A DNA stretch of 64,000 nucleotides, from contig OZ251518.1 of NCBI GenBank assembly GCA_965242965.1, positions 5,280,001 to 5,344,000 of the forward strand, read 5' to 3'. This DNA comes from Candidatus Poribacteria bacterium. GTDB lineage: Bacteria > Poribacteria > WGA-4E > WGA-3G. The position numbers and the translations under genes are program-made. Positions 21,475 through 31,615 of this stretch are shown piece by piece. The notes under the pieces were generated by a model that saw nothing but the letters and a program-made list of their open reading frames with translations, had not been told where the DNA came from and searched no databases. Numbering within the stretch: the first letter of the stretch is position 1; every line of letters begins with the position of its first letter.

Positions 21475-22416
21475 ATGCAACAACGAAAATTAGGAAACAC
21501 CGGGCTCAACGTCTCTGAAATCGGGATGGGCACGTGGGAACTCGGCGGACGCGAATGGGGAGACATCGCCGAAACCGATGCTGTCAACCTCCTCCGATAC
21601 GCCTTTGACAACGGCGTTACCTATTACGATACGGCAGACCAGTACGGCGGCGGGCGCGCCGAACGGTTACTGGGAGAAGCGTTCTCTGCACACCGCGACC
21701 GGGTGATTATCGCTACGAAACTCGGCTTTGAATTGGATTCCGATGGCTGGATTAGCCATGGTTGGGAGCATCCGGCGTTCAATGTCTCGCGCGCTTACAT
21801 CCGCGAGGCTGTTGAAGGAAGCCTCAGCCGGCTGCGCAGAGATGTCATTGATATCTATCAATTCCACGCGCCGCCTCCCGCCGCTGCATGGGACGAAGCC
21901 TTCGGCGCAATGGAGGAGCTCAAAGCAGAAGGGAAAATCCGTTTTTACGGGTTGTGCCTCGGCAGTGAGGCGGATGCGTTAAAGGCGATAGCGGAAACCG
22001 GCATTTCTTCCTTGATGTTAACCTACAACATCCTCACGCAAGGCATGGCGGACCCGGTGATGAAGACAGCGGATGAGAATGGCATAGCCGTGGTCGTCCG
22101 GCAGCCGTTGTCATCAGGATTGCTTTCTGGCAACCTCACACCGGATACCGTGTTTGCGGAAAACGATTATCGCAAGACGTGGCCGCGCGAAAAATTCCTC
22201 GCAGATCTGGCGAAGGTAGAGGAGATTAAAGCGATTGTCAGCGATGAAGCGCGGACGTTACCGCAAGCCGCGTTGCAGTTCATCTTATCACACCCCGCAG
22301 TCTGTAGCGTTGTCCCAGGGATGATGACACGGCCGCAAGTGGACGACGGTGTCGCCGCATCGGGTGCTACGTCCCTCTCGTCTGCAGTCTTGCAACAATT
22401 GCGGAGGCGCGCATGA
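21475..22416 (+). CDS. Aldo/keto reductase
   Basis: LGNTGLNVSEIGMG, DTADQYG, IATK, IDIYQFH. Confidence 0.93.
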   Translation: MQQRKLGNTGLNVSEIGMGTWELGGREWGDIAETDAVNLLRYAFDNGVTYYDTADQYGGGRAERLLGEAFSAHRDRVIIATKLGFELDSDGWISHGWEHPAFNVSRAYIREAVEGSLSRLRRDVIDIYQFHAPPPAAAWDEAFGAMEELKAEGKIRFYGLCLGSEADALKAIAETGISSLMLTYNILTQGMADPVMKTADENGIAVVVRQPLSSGLLSGNLTPDTVFAENDYRKTWPREKFLADLAKVEEIKAIVSDEARTLPQAALQFILSHPAVCSVVPGMMTRPQVDDGVAASGATSLSSAVLQQLRRRA

Positions 22417-22727
22417 AAGTCATCGCAGATTTATGCATCGTCCCTCTCGGCGTTGGCGTATCTGTCTCAAAATACGTCACAGCGTGCGAAGAAGTGCTGA
22501 AAGAAGCCGGCTTGAAAACGAAACTTCACGCCTACGGCACTAACATTGAAGGCGAATGGGATGCAGTCTTCGCCGCAATCCGGCGATGCCATGAAGTGGT
22601 GCATGAGATGGGCGCGCCGCGTATCACGACAACGCTCAAGTTCGGCACTCGCACCGACCGGCACCAAACGATGGAGGATAAGGTGAACAGCGTCGAAAAG
22701 CAGGCGGCAAAAAAACTTGACTTTTAA
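22413..22727 (+). CDS. MTH1187/YkoF-family thiamine-binding protein
   Basis: SVSKYV, HAYGTNIEGEWD, RTDR motifs. Confidence 0.88.
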   Translation: MKVIADLCIVPLGVGVSVSKYVTACEEVLKEAGLKTKLHAYGTNIEGEWDAVFAAIRRCHEVVHEMGAPRITTTLKFGTRTDRHQTMEDKVNSVEKQAAKKLDF

Positions 22728-22755
22728 TTTTTTTTGTGTTAACATCATTTTCGAT

Positions 22756-23188
22756 GTCAAATCCCCATGCTTTAGCATGCGGAATGTAGACATCGCTAAC
22801 GGTCTGGAATGAAAAAAAGGCTTGCATTCCAAAGTGAAATGTGGTATACTATCTGTAACCTGCTGGATAGGCGTTCCACCCGCGACATTCCAACGTTGCG
22901 GTGCCTATTCGTCCTCGTGGAACGGGACAGGGTGGGTTGCAGGTGAGAACCTGACAAAACATCGACGAGAGAAACCGACGCGAAAGTCGGGTCATGCTGC
23001 ATCGTGTTGGTTTCTCTCACCCTATCTTCTGGGCGGGGCATCAGTCCAGTGTGAGAGTGAGTGTTAGACGCGGATAACCGTGCATCTCACACGTTGCGGT
23101 CGGTCGCACACATCACAGAATCCATAGCAGAAGCCACGAGGATACCGACAAACTGAATCCTCCTGCTTCAGCGGGTGGAGTATGTCAA
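22756..23188 (+). mobile_element. ORF-less IS200/IS605-type element with promoter and structured RNA
   Basis: Left end gtcaaatccccatgctttagcatgcgg; right end gaatcctcctgcttcagcgggtggagtatgTCAA; no credible ORF. Confidence 0.8.
22822..22850 (+). promoter_or_regulatory. Sigma70-type promoter inside the IS605-type element
   Basis: TTGCAT-17 bp-TATACT with TG extension. Confidence 0.75.
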
Positions 23189-23208
23189 AATAGTTTGCAA
23201 CGTTAGTT
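22853..23208 (+). ncRNA. Putative stand-alone omegaRNA: pseudoknot leader, 17-bp hairpin, TnpB-type scaffold and 3' guide
   Basis: Four-helix pseudoknot 22853-22942; gagagaaaccgacgcga/tcgtgttggtttctctc stem; gtgtgaga/tctcacac stem; right-end hairpin. Confidence 0.6.
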
Positions 23209-23870
23209 GAGGGTGTTTCACAAATCGCTCAACGTCGCGGTGACAGGCCCCCGCGCTATTGCTGGTAGGAGAGACCTCCTAGTCTCGATGAGGTAAGGCG
23301 TGCATTCTCTGGACCCGTTCGGGTGCAGGCGCACCCTAACTACAGGGCCAGCGTGCGCTCCCCGACTGTAGTTCAGGATCGCCTGATCCTGAACTGTTTG
23401 TGATCAGGCGATTACAAACTACAGAGGGGAAAACATACATCGTGACGATGGAGATCGCGGGGGAAACCCTCTCGGATGCGCGTATGGCATCCGAGGGCCC
23501 CCGCGCTACGGTAAAAAACGTCTTTTAGGTCCGTAGGACCTTAATGTCTATAGCACGTGAGGTTGCGAAGAACGCTAAGGTCCTTTAGGTCCTTAATGTG
23601 TTTTGCCAGGGCCGCGCGGGTTTTATTAAGGACCTAAAGGACCTTGGAAACGGGCTGACACGTGTTGCTATAGACATGTAGGACCTAAAGGACCTAAGAT
23701 GGCATCTTGCCGATGGCCAACGCGTGGGAAACCCGCTCGGATGCGCGTATGGAAACCTCCGAGGGCCCCCGCGCTACGGGAACATCGAGACCGGGAGGTC
23801 TCTCCTACGGAGAAGCCATCGAGACCGGGAGGTCTCTCCTACCGGGGAAAACGAGTTATGAAACACCCGC
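23209..23870. mobile_element. MITE-like REP mosaic
   Basis: TIRs gagggtgtttcac / atgaaacacccgc; flanks acgttagtt / acgttaatt (8/9 match). Confidence 0.85.
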
Positions 23871-23916
23871 ACGTTAATTGTTATTAATTTTCATAGAAAA
23901 AAAGGAGTACGTCTTC

Positions 23917-24609
23917 ATGCAAAGGAGATTCTGGGTTTACGCCTGCTGCGCATTGGTATTTTTTATAGCAGTGCCATTCGCAAGCGCGCTAGATAAAATC
24001 GAGGGACCCTGGATGTGGATAATCACCGAAAGCGAAGCCGGTCAGGGCGGCGCACTCGCCACCGACATTGACGGCATTGACGAAGCCACAAAGGGGAAAC
24101 TCACCGAAGAGGATGTCGCAAAAGAAGGGATTACCGATAAAATCCTGAAGGTTAAGTTTCCCGATAAACTTGAGTGGACCGAGGGTGAAATCGCCCCGGT
24201 CGGCGGAAACAACATCAACGACATGCTCATCAAAATTAAGTTGGGACCCGGCGGCGATGTCAATGACTATTGTTCCTATGCCGTTATCAACGCCGTGTCG
24301 AAGAAGAAACTCACCCGTGTGGAAGCCCAGGTCGGCAGCGACGATTCCATTAAGGTGTGGATGAACGGCAAAGAGGTTTGGGTAAACGCTGTCAACCGTG
24401 GTGCCGGCGGCTTTCAAGACACGTTTCCCGTTGACATCAACAAAGGCGATAACGTGCTGATGGTGAAAGTCTGCGAACGCGGTGGAGGCTGGAGCATGTT
24501 TGTCGGCATCGATGCCGATTTGGAATACAACCTGAAGTTCAGAGGGTTACCTGTTGAACCCGCCGGGAAATTGGCTACTACCTGGGCGGCAATCCGAAGC
24601 GCGTATTAA
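23917..24609 (+). CDS. Secreted beta-sandwich protein with C-terminal TTW tail
   Basis: Signal peptide; GSDDSIKVWMNG; ends PVEPAGKLATTWAAIRSAY. Confidence 0.85.
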   Translation: MQRRFWVYACCALVFFIAVPFASALDKIEGPWMWIITESEAGQGGALATDIDGIDEATKGKLTEEDVAKEGITDKILKVKFPDKLEWTEGEIAPVGGNNINDMLIKIKLGPGGDVNDYCSYAVINAVSKKKLTRVEAQVGSDDSIKVWMNGKEVWVNAVNRGAGGFQDTFPVDINKGDNVLMVKVCERGGGWSMFVGIDADLEYNLKFRGLPVEPAGKLATTWAAIRSAY

Positions 24610-24794
24610 CCGCGCCATCCGAAAGCGCGTATTAGACGCGCCGACTCAGCAAAATTATTATTGAGCAAAATTATTATTGCTTGATTTAATTCTGCGTTAT
24701 TTGCTATACTAATTAAGGTATAATAAAAAAGGTTGTCCCATCCTTTCAGAAAGGGGAGGGACAACGCAAAATTAACCCAATTGGAGGTTTTTGA

Positions 24795-26033
24795 ATGTTG
24801 AGAAAAACATTTACGATAGGGCTGGCATGCGTGATGGCACTTTTCGTCATGACGCACGTTGCGCAAGCCCAAGATAAAATTACCGGTCCTTGGCTGTGGG
24901 TTGTTGCTCCAACCGAGGCAAACGAAGGCGGCGCGAATTCTACCGATCTCGATTCGCTTGATGCCGCTAGCGGCGGCGATGTGACAGAAGCCGATGTCGC
25001 TGCAAACGGCGCGAAGGAAGGCGACGCAGTCGGCGACTTCGCGTGGACGCTCGGTGAAATCGCCGATACTGGCGGCAATAACGTCAACGATGCCCTCAAT
25101 GAAATCGGAATGACCGAGGGCGACGTGAACGACCATTCGTCTTACGCGCTTATCACGCTTGAATCCGCAACGGATCAGTCCGATGTGACGATGAAGGTAG
25201 GCAGCGATGACTCCATCAAAGTCTGGCTTAACGGCGAAGAAGTTCACAATAACGCTGTCAACCGCGGCGCAGGCGACTTCCAAGACGAATTCCAAGTCAA
25301 TCTCGTCGCAGGCGATAATCTGTTGCTGGTGAAAGTCAGTGAGCGTGGCGGTGGTTGGAGCATGTTCGTCGGCATCGATGCGGATGTAACGGCTGTCTAT
25401 AAAGAGCCTGTGCCCCCCGTAACCGGCAAAATCACAGGGCCCTGGCTCTGGGTTATTGCGCCAACCGAGGCAAACGAAGGCGGCGCGAATTCCACCGATC
25501 TCGATCAGCTCGAAGCCGCCAGCGGTGGCGATGTGACAGAAGCGATGGTAGCGAGTGAAGGCGCAGCTGAAGGAGACCCGGTCGGCGACTTGGCGTGGAC
25601 AGTTGGTGAGATTGCGGATACCGGCGGTAATAACGTCAACGATCTCGTCAATGAACTCGGACTCGGCGAAGGCGACGTGAACGATCACTCTGTCTACGGA
25701 CTCATCGTTCTGAATTCGCCGGCAGACCAGAGCGGCGTGCCGATGAAGGTCGGCAGCGACGACTCTGTCAAAGTCTGGGTGAACGGCGAAGTTGTCCATA
25801 CCAACGCTGTCAACCGCGGCGCAGGCGATTTCCAAGATGACTTCAATGTCAACCTGAATGCCGGTGCCAACATCTTGCTGGTGAAAGTCAGTGAGCGTGG
25901 TGGCGGTTGGAGCTTGTTCGCCGGTGTCGGTGGCGAAGGCGTTACCACGGCTCTTCCTGAATCGCTTGGTACGGCGGTTGAGGCGGCTGGTAAAGTTATC
26001 ACGACTTGGGGTAGCTTGAAATCCGCCAAGTAG
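24795..26033 (+). CDS. Secreted acidic protein with two tandem copies of the same domain and a TTW tail
   Basis: KITGPWLWV...GSDDS.KVW.NG...ERGGGWS twice; ends AVEAAGKVITTWGSLKSAK. Confidence 0.88.
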   Translation: MLRKTFTIGLACVMALFVMTHVAQAQDKITGPWLWVVAPTEANEGGANSTDLDSLDAASGGDVTEADVAANGAKEGDAVGDFAWTLGEIADTGGNNVNDALNEIGMTEGDVNDHSSYALITLESATDQSDVTMKVGSDDSIKVWLNGEEVHNNAVNRGAGDFQDEFQVNLVAGDNLLLVKVSERGGGWSMFVGIDADVTAVYKEPVPPVTGKITGPWLWVIAPTEANEGGANSTDLDQLEAASGGDVTEAMVASEGAAEGDPVGDLAWTVGEIADTGGNNVNDLVNELGLGEGDVNDHSVYGLIVLNSPADQSGVPMKVGSDDSVKVWVNGEVVHTNAVNRGAGDFQDDFNVNLNAGANILLVKVSERGGGWSLFAGVGGEGVTTALPESLGTAVEAAGKVITTWGSLKSAK

Positions 26034-26101
26034 GCCAAGTAGTCTACGCGAATTCGGATATTCTATTTTTCGTAGGTTCGCTTTCTAAGTGTCCCCGAAC
26101 G

Positions 26102-26135
26102 AAAAAAGGCGCGGTTGCAAACCGCGCCTTTTTTT
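26102..26135. terminator. Bidirectional intrinsic terminator (REP-related stem)
   Basis: aaaaaaggcgcggtt-gca-aaccgcgccttttttt. Confidence 0.85.
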
Positions 26136-26150
26136 GTTACAATGTTACCT

Positions 26151-26703
26151 GAGGGTGTTTCATATCTCGATGCCTTCCCCGTAGGAGAGACCTCCTGGTC
26201 TTGATTTCTTCGGGTAGGAGAGACCTCCCGGTCTCGATGCAATAGGGCGGCGCGCCTCCCGGGGCCGCAGCGGCAGAAAGCCCCCTTCATCGTAGGGCGG
26301 TGGGAAAACCTGTCCCTCGCCATCGTCCTCTTCAGGTCCGTAGGACCTGAATGTCTATAGCAGCCCAAACGCTAAAGGCTCTAAGGTCCTTTAGGTCCTT
26401 AATAGATTTTGCCAGGGCCGCGTGGTTTTTATTAAGGACCTAAAGGACCTTGAAAACGGCACGACACGTGTTGCTATAGACATTAAGGACCTAAAGGACC
26501 TTGAAAACGGGCCGATACGTTTTTCTATAGACATTAAGGACCTAAAGGACCTAAAACGCCACCGCTTGACGATGGCACTCGCGGGGGACAGGCCCCCGCG
26601 CTACGGGAAAAATAGTAGGTCAGGATCGCCTGATCCTGACCCGTTCGGGATCAGGCGATCCCGAACTACAGAGGTTGGCCCGATGCCTTTATGAAACATC
26701 CTC
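26151..26703. mobile_element. MITE-like REP mosaic
   Basis: TIRs gagggtgtttcat / atgaaacatcctc; tandem ctatagacattaaggacctaaaggacc units. Confidence 0.8.
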
Positions 26704-26705
26704 AC

Positions 26706-27563
26706 CTAAACTGCTGCCACGATTTCCTTGAAGACCGGCAGCGATTCCCGAAACCCATCCTCTCGCGTGCCATTCTCCGGTTCATAGACACTCTCCAGCG
26801 AAATCGCCCCTTGGTAATTATCGCGCTTCAATGCGGCGACGATGTCGGCATAATAGGGTGCCATCTGCCCGCGGTTCATCGCGCAGAAATCGAACCGTGC
26901 CGCTGGGACGTTCACAACCCCGTCCTTGAGATGCACGTGCGCGATGTGCTCGCGGATAATCTCGTAGGCATCCGGATAGGGCACCTCGGTGCAGTAGAGT
27001 GAACTGCACGGATCCCAGAGCACCTTCAGGTGTGGCGGATTACCTAAATCGTCAATCAGTTTTTTAGCGAGCACCGCCGAGGTAACGTTGCAGGAGATAG
27101 CTGTTTCAACCACCAGCGTGAGTCCCGCGGCTTCCGCAAGTTTCAACGGCTCTTCTAACAGCACAAGAAGGTTATCCCATGCACCCTCCGCAGCGTTCGG
27201 CTTTGAGCCAAACAGCACCATCTCCTTTCGGAAACTGAAAATTCGCACTAGCGGTGAGCCGAGCTCCTGCGCGATGCCGATGCACCGTTGCAGTGTGTCA
27301 ATCTGCTCGCGATAGATAGGCGCGCTCGGTGACGTATCGACAGGAATTCCTGTCAGATTGTGATGCGAGATACACGAGACCTTCAAATTCCGCGCGTTAA
27401 TGAGGCCGTGGACTTTTTTGACATCTTCAGGAGTCAACTCGCCGACCTCTTTCTCCCACAGATATTGCAATTCGACGAACTCCAATCCGGTTTGGACCAT
27501 GGTGTCCAGTGCATACTCAAAATTCCGGCTGATTCCATCGGTGATGATTCCTAGTTTTCGCAT
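26706..27563 (-). CDS. Sugar phosphate isomerase/epimerase (xylose-isomerase-like TIM barrel)
   Basis: LVVE, LWDP, HVHLKD and ISLE metal-binding pattern. Confidence 0.88.
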   Translation of the reverse strand: MRKLGIITDGISRNFEYALDTMVQTGLEFVELQYLWEKEVGELTPEDVKKVHGLINARNLKVSCISHHNLTGIPVDTSPSAPIYREQIDTLQRCIGIAQELGSPLVRIFSFRKEMVLFGSKPNAAEGAWDNLLVLLEEPLKLAEAAGLTLVVETAISCNVTSAVLAKKLIDDLGNPPHLKVLWDPCSSLYCTEVPYPDAYEIIREHIAHVHLKDGVVNVPAARFDFCAMNRGQMAPYYADIVAALKRDNYQGAISLESVYEPENGTREDGFRESLPVFKEIVAAV

Positions 27564-28474
27564 TCGCCTCCCTCGTTCTTCTGTTCGGTTCTTTTCACTT
27601 CAACGCCCGCGATGTTTTCGAGGATTTTGATGATCGTCCAGTTATCCTCGTCGGGGTTTACCGATTTCCCGGCTTGGAAGAGTTCAAACGCCGCGCTTGC
27701 CGCGAACAGGGGCACACCGCAGTCGTTCGCCATATTTTTCGCGAGCCCGAGGTCTTTGTGCATTGTCCCGATATTGCTTTGACCCTTGAAGTTGCGCGAT
27801 AAGATATTTTCTGTCGTGTCCCGAAAAAGGAAATTGCCGACAACGCTGGTGCTGACGACATCGCGCAAAGTTTCCGGGGCTACCCCTGCCTTCACCGCCA
27901 AGGTGAGTGCCTCAAAGATACCGGCATAAGTCGTGCCGATGAGGACAGCGAGCGCGGACTTGACAGTCTGCCCCATGCCAACTTCTTCACCGACGTGATA
28001 GATGTCTTTCCCGACGGCTTCTAGCACCGGTTTCGTTGCGGCGAACGTCTCTTTCTCTGCCGCCACCATCATCGTCAGGGTGCCGGCGGCTGCGCCGGGC
28101 GCGCCGCCACTGACAGGCGCATCGACAATACGCATCCCGCGGCTCGCCACGAGTTCTCCCACTTCCATCACCTGTGAACGGCCAATCGTCGCCGTGCAGA
28201 TGACGGTGCTTCCCGGTTTGAGGCCTGCTAATAAGCCGTTTTCTGTCAGCAGTGCGGCTTTCACCTGTTCCAAGTTAAGCACCATGAGAAAGACTGCGTC
28301 TGCGCTTAACCCTACTTCTTTCGGGGATGTAGCAGGGCGCGCGCCTTCTTTTTTGAGCGTTTCCAAAGGCTCCGGTCTCACGTCATACGCCGTGAGTTCG
28401 TGTCCTGCTTTCAAGATGTTTCGTGCCATGCCCATCCCCATGTTGCCGACACCGATGAGTCCTACTTTTGCCAT
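27551..28474 (-). CDS. NAD(P)-dependent beta-hydroxyacid dehydrogenase
   Basis: GVGNMG, DAPVSGG, G.G..VK, KDL. Confidence 0.92.
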   Translation of the reverse strand: MAKVGLIGVGNMGMGMARNILKAGHELTAYDVRPEPLETLKKEGARPATSPKEVGLSADAVFLMVLNLEQVKAALLTENGLLAGLKPGSTVICTATIGRSQVMEVGELVASRGMRIVDAPVSGGAPGAAAGTLTMMVAAEKETFAATKPVLEAVGKDIYHVGEEVGMGQTVKSALAVLIGTTYAGIFEALTLAVKAGVAPETLRDVVSTSVVGNFLFRDTTENILSRNFKGQSNIGTMHKDLGLAKNMANDCGVPLFAASAAFELFQAGKSVNPDEDNWTIIKILENIAGVEVKRTEQKNEGGECEN

Positions 28475-28523
28475 TAATTCCCTCCTACGCTTCGGTTTTG
28501 GTGTGAATCACGCAATCTATTCT

Positions 28524-28791
28524 GAGAGTGTTGCATAAATCGCTCAACGTCACGGGGGACAGGCCCCCGCGCTACGATGAAAAAAACGCATCCTCTTCAC
28601 GTAGGGCGAGGGCCTGTCCCTCGCCATCGTTCATGCACCAGACCCTCTCCCCTCTGTAGTTCAGGATCGCCTGATCCTGACCCGTTCGGGAGCGGGTGCT
28701 CCCGAACTACAGAGGTGCGCCCGATGCCTGCCGGTATTCGCCCGCCCACCAAGGCGGGATAAATACCGAAACGGAATTATGAAACACCCTC
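28524..28791. mobile_element. Short MITE-like REP mosaic with perfect 9-bp target duplication
   Basis: ATCTATTCT at 28515-28523 and 28792-28800 around gagagtgttgcataa / ttatgaaacaccctc. Confidence 0.88.
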
Positions 28792-28916
28792 ATCTATTCT
28801 ACTATATGGCCCAAACCAGGTCAAGTGAAAATGTGTGCAAACAAGGCGATTCAGTTTTCCATATTCCAAACGCCTATTGGCAGCAAGAGGCTTCCGTATC
28901 CTTAAACGGAAAACGA

Positions 28917-28977
28917 TAATCCTGCTAATCCTGCTAATCCTGCTAACCCTGCTCATATCCTGTTCATATCCTGTTCT
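28917..28977. repeat. AATCCTGCT 9-mer tandem
   Basis: aatcctgctaatcctgctaatcctgctaaccctgctcatatcctgttcatatcctgttc. Confidence 0.8.
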
Positions 28978-29048
28978 AAAAAGGCGGAATCGAGACATCC
29001 GCTGCTCCCTTAAACCTTTTAGCATTCACAAACGTCTAATAAATAAAT

Positions 29049-29769
29049 GAGGGTATTTCATATTTCGATGCGTTTGTTAGGAGAGACCTCGGGGCTCGAT
29101 GTTCCCGTAGCGCGGGGGCCTGTCCCCCGCGATCGCTCAAGAACCGCTTTTTCATCGTAGCGCGGGGCCCTCGGATGCCATACGCGCATCCGAGCGGGTT
29201 TCCCCCGCGTTGTCCATCGTCCCGATGTGTTTTTCCTCATCTGTAGTTTGTGATCGCCTGATCACAAACGGGTCAGGATCAGGCGATCCTGACCTACAGA
29301 GGTGATACCTACAGAGGTGATGGGTATCGTCCCGATGTGTGTTTAGGTCTTTTAGGACCTACATGTCTATAGCAGCACGTGTCGTTCTGTTTTCAAGGTC
29401 CATTAGGACCTTAATAAAACACGCGCGGCCCTGGCAAAACCTATTAAGGACCTAAAGGACCTTAGCGTTCTTCGCGTCGCCGAGGGCTATAGACATTAAG
29501 GACCTAAAGGACCTTAAAGACGGTTTTTCCGGCGCGCCGACGCTGGGCGAGGGACAGGCCCTCGCCCTACGATGAAGGGGGGGCGTTTTTTTTACCGTAG
29601 CGCGGGGGCCTGTCCCCCGCGATCGTTGGATCGCGCGGACGATGGCGAGGGACAGGCCCTCGCCCTACGATGAAGGGGGGGCTTTCTGACTCCCTATTGC
29701 ATCGAGACCAGGAGGTCTCTCCTACAGGGACATCGCTTGCATCGAGACCGGGAGGTCTCTCCTACCCTC
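29049..29769. mobile_element. REP mosaic, left arm (left TIR only)
   Basis: Starts gagggtatttcat; only ccctc remains at the right end. Confidence 0.7.
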
Positions 29770-29832
29770 AAGCGGCTGCGAAAGGCGAAAACTGAAGGCA
29801 CGCTAGTCATTGAACAATAGGAGACACTAAAA

Positions 29833-30729
29833 ATGAAAAGCCTACACACCCCCTTCTTGGGCACACTCTCGCTTTTTCTGATCTGTCTGCTCAGCGGGTT
29901 CTGGGGATGCGGCGACACTGAAGAGGCGATGGAAACGGAAGCGGGGGCACCCTTCAACCTGCTGTCACCGCGCACCGAGCGTATGGAAACGGAAGCGGTG
30001 GCACCCTTCAACCTGCTGTCACCGCTCATCGAGCAGGACGAGATAGCCTCCGACGGAAGAGAGCTCTCGATGCCGCCAGCGGAAGAAATTGCCGCTGCGG
30101 AATTACGCGCGAAACACTTCAGGGAAGAACTCAGCACCGGAAAAAGGCAGATTCCGCTAGAATGGTGGACAACCGAAGACCTGGTATTACGCGTTGAATA
30201 CTACCGCGCACAACTCATCAAACAGTTTGGCGATATTCCGCAGGTTCACACCGTCGCAGACCACGAACTCAAAGTGGCGATGGGGATTCCTTGGGTGCCA
30301 CGTGAGGTATTCATCGCTTTTTTGGAAGCGCAATATCATCTCTGGCCGCATCCCACAACGCTGCAAGCACTTGAGAACGCTCGCAATCCACCAAAGCCAC
30401 CGGATATGAAGAAACTCCGCACGGAAGACCCGGGGTTATGGGATAAGTTAAACCGCGAACATCTCATCAATCGACATGGCGATATCCCAGACGTTCACCT
30501 CGTTGCGGATTTTCAAATGACGATCACGCTGGAACAAGCGTTCACAGATGATGAATACCTCGCCTATTTGGAAGCACTCTCTCGTCTCCATCCGGCGGAT
30601 GACATCCCGCGGCTGATGGTGGAAAGATACCGAAAGGCGAAAGCAGACGGCATTCCCTTCGGTGATGTTGACGTAGACGATATTCTCGCAAAAATCGACG
30701 GTGAAGAACCTGAGGCGGAGGACGAGTAA
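29833..30729 (+). CDS. Hypothetical lipoprotein with internal repeats
   Basis: Signal ending FWGC; METEA.APFNLLSP twice; LI...GDIP.VH.VAD...LEA...L.P twice. Confidence 0.8.
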   Translation: MKSLHTPFLGTLSLFLICLLSGFWGCGDTEEAMETEAGAPFNLLSPRTERMETEAVAPFNLLSPLIEQDEIASDGRELSMPPAEEIAAAELRAKHFREELSTGKRQIPLEWWTTEDLVLRVEYYRAQLIKQFGDIPQVHTVADHELKVAMGIPWVPREVFIAFLEAQYHLWPHPTTLQALENARNPPKPPDMKKLRTEDPGLWDKLNREHLINRHGDIPDVHLVADFQMTITLEQAFTDDEYLAYLEALSRLHPADDIPRLMVERYRKAKADGIPFGDVDVDDILAKIDGEEPEAEDE

Positions 30730-30759
30730 ACTCCGGAAATTAATGTCCGAATTCCTGAC

Positions 30760-31561
30760 CTGGCGCACGAACGATGGCGAGGGACAGGCCCTCGCCCTAC
30801 GTGAAGGGAAGCGTTTTTTTATCGTAGCGCGGGGGCCTGTCCCCCGCGCGCGTTGGAGTGCGCGAACGATGGCGGGTGAAACCCTCTCGGATGCGCGTAT
30901 GGCATCCGAGGGCCCTCGCCCTACGTGGAGGGGCGGCGTTTTTTTATCGTAGCGCGGGGGCCTGTCCCCCGCGATCTCCATCGTCACGATGTGTTTTCCT
31001 CATCTGTAGTTTGTGATCGCCTGATCACAAACGGGTCAGGATCAGGCGATCCTGACCTACAGAGGTGATGGGCATCGTCCCAATGTGTGTTTAGGTCCGT
31101 TAGGACCTACATGTCTATAGCAGCACGTGTCGTTACGTTGTCAAGGTCCGTTAGGTCCTTAATAAAACCACGCGCGGCCCTGGCAAAACCTATTAAGGAC
31201 CTAAAGGACCTTAGGGTTCTTTTCAGGCGCGCGTGCTATAGACATTAAGGTCCTACGGACCTAAGAACCGTTTTTTATCGTAGCGCGGGGGCCTGTCCCC
31301 CGCGTTGTCTATCGTCCCGATGTGTTCTTCCTTATCTGTAGTTTGTGATCGCCTGATCACAAACAGGTCAGGATCAGGCGATCCTGACCTACAGGGCCTG
31401 GTGCACGAACGATGGCGAGGGACAGGCCCTCGCCCTACGATAAAGGGGGCTTTCTGCCGTCCTATTGCATCGAGACCAGGAGGTCTCTCCTACCGGGGAA
31501 AACGGAATCGTTCGGGGTGTCACGAAACCATTTTGACAACAACGGGTCATGAAACACCCTC
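30760..31561. mobile_element. REP mosaic, right arm (right TIR only)
   Basis: Ends atgaaacaccctc; ~300 bp collinear with 29210-29515. Confidence 0.7.
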
Positions 31562-31615
31562 ACTTCATCATATTGAAAATCCCACTTGAAAAAAACGGGA
31601 GGCTATGAATGACAA

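Noticed and set aside
22756-23188. tRNA, tmRNA, RNase P, 6S or HEARO assignment, and ORFs 22796-23041 and 22822-23067
   Set aside because: No diagnostic motifs of those RNAs seen; the ends are TnpB/IS605-type; the ORFs lack an RBS and recognisable content
24606-25835. 409-aa minus-strand ORF
   Set aside because: Antisense shadow of the codon-biased secreted protein gene; no independent motifs
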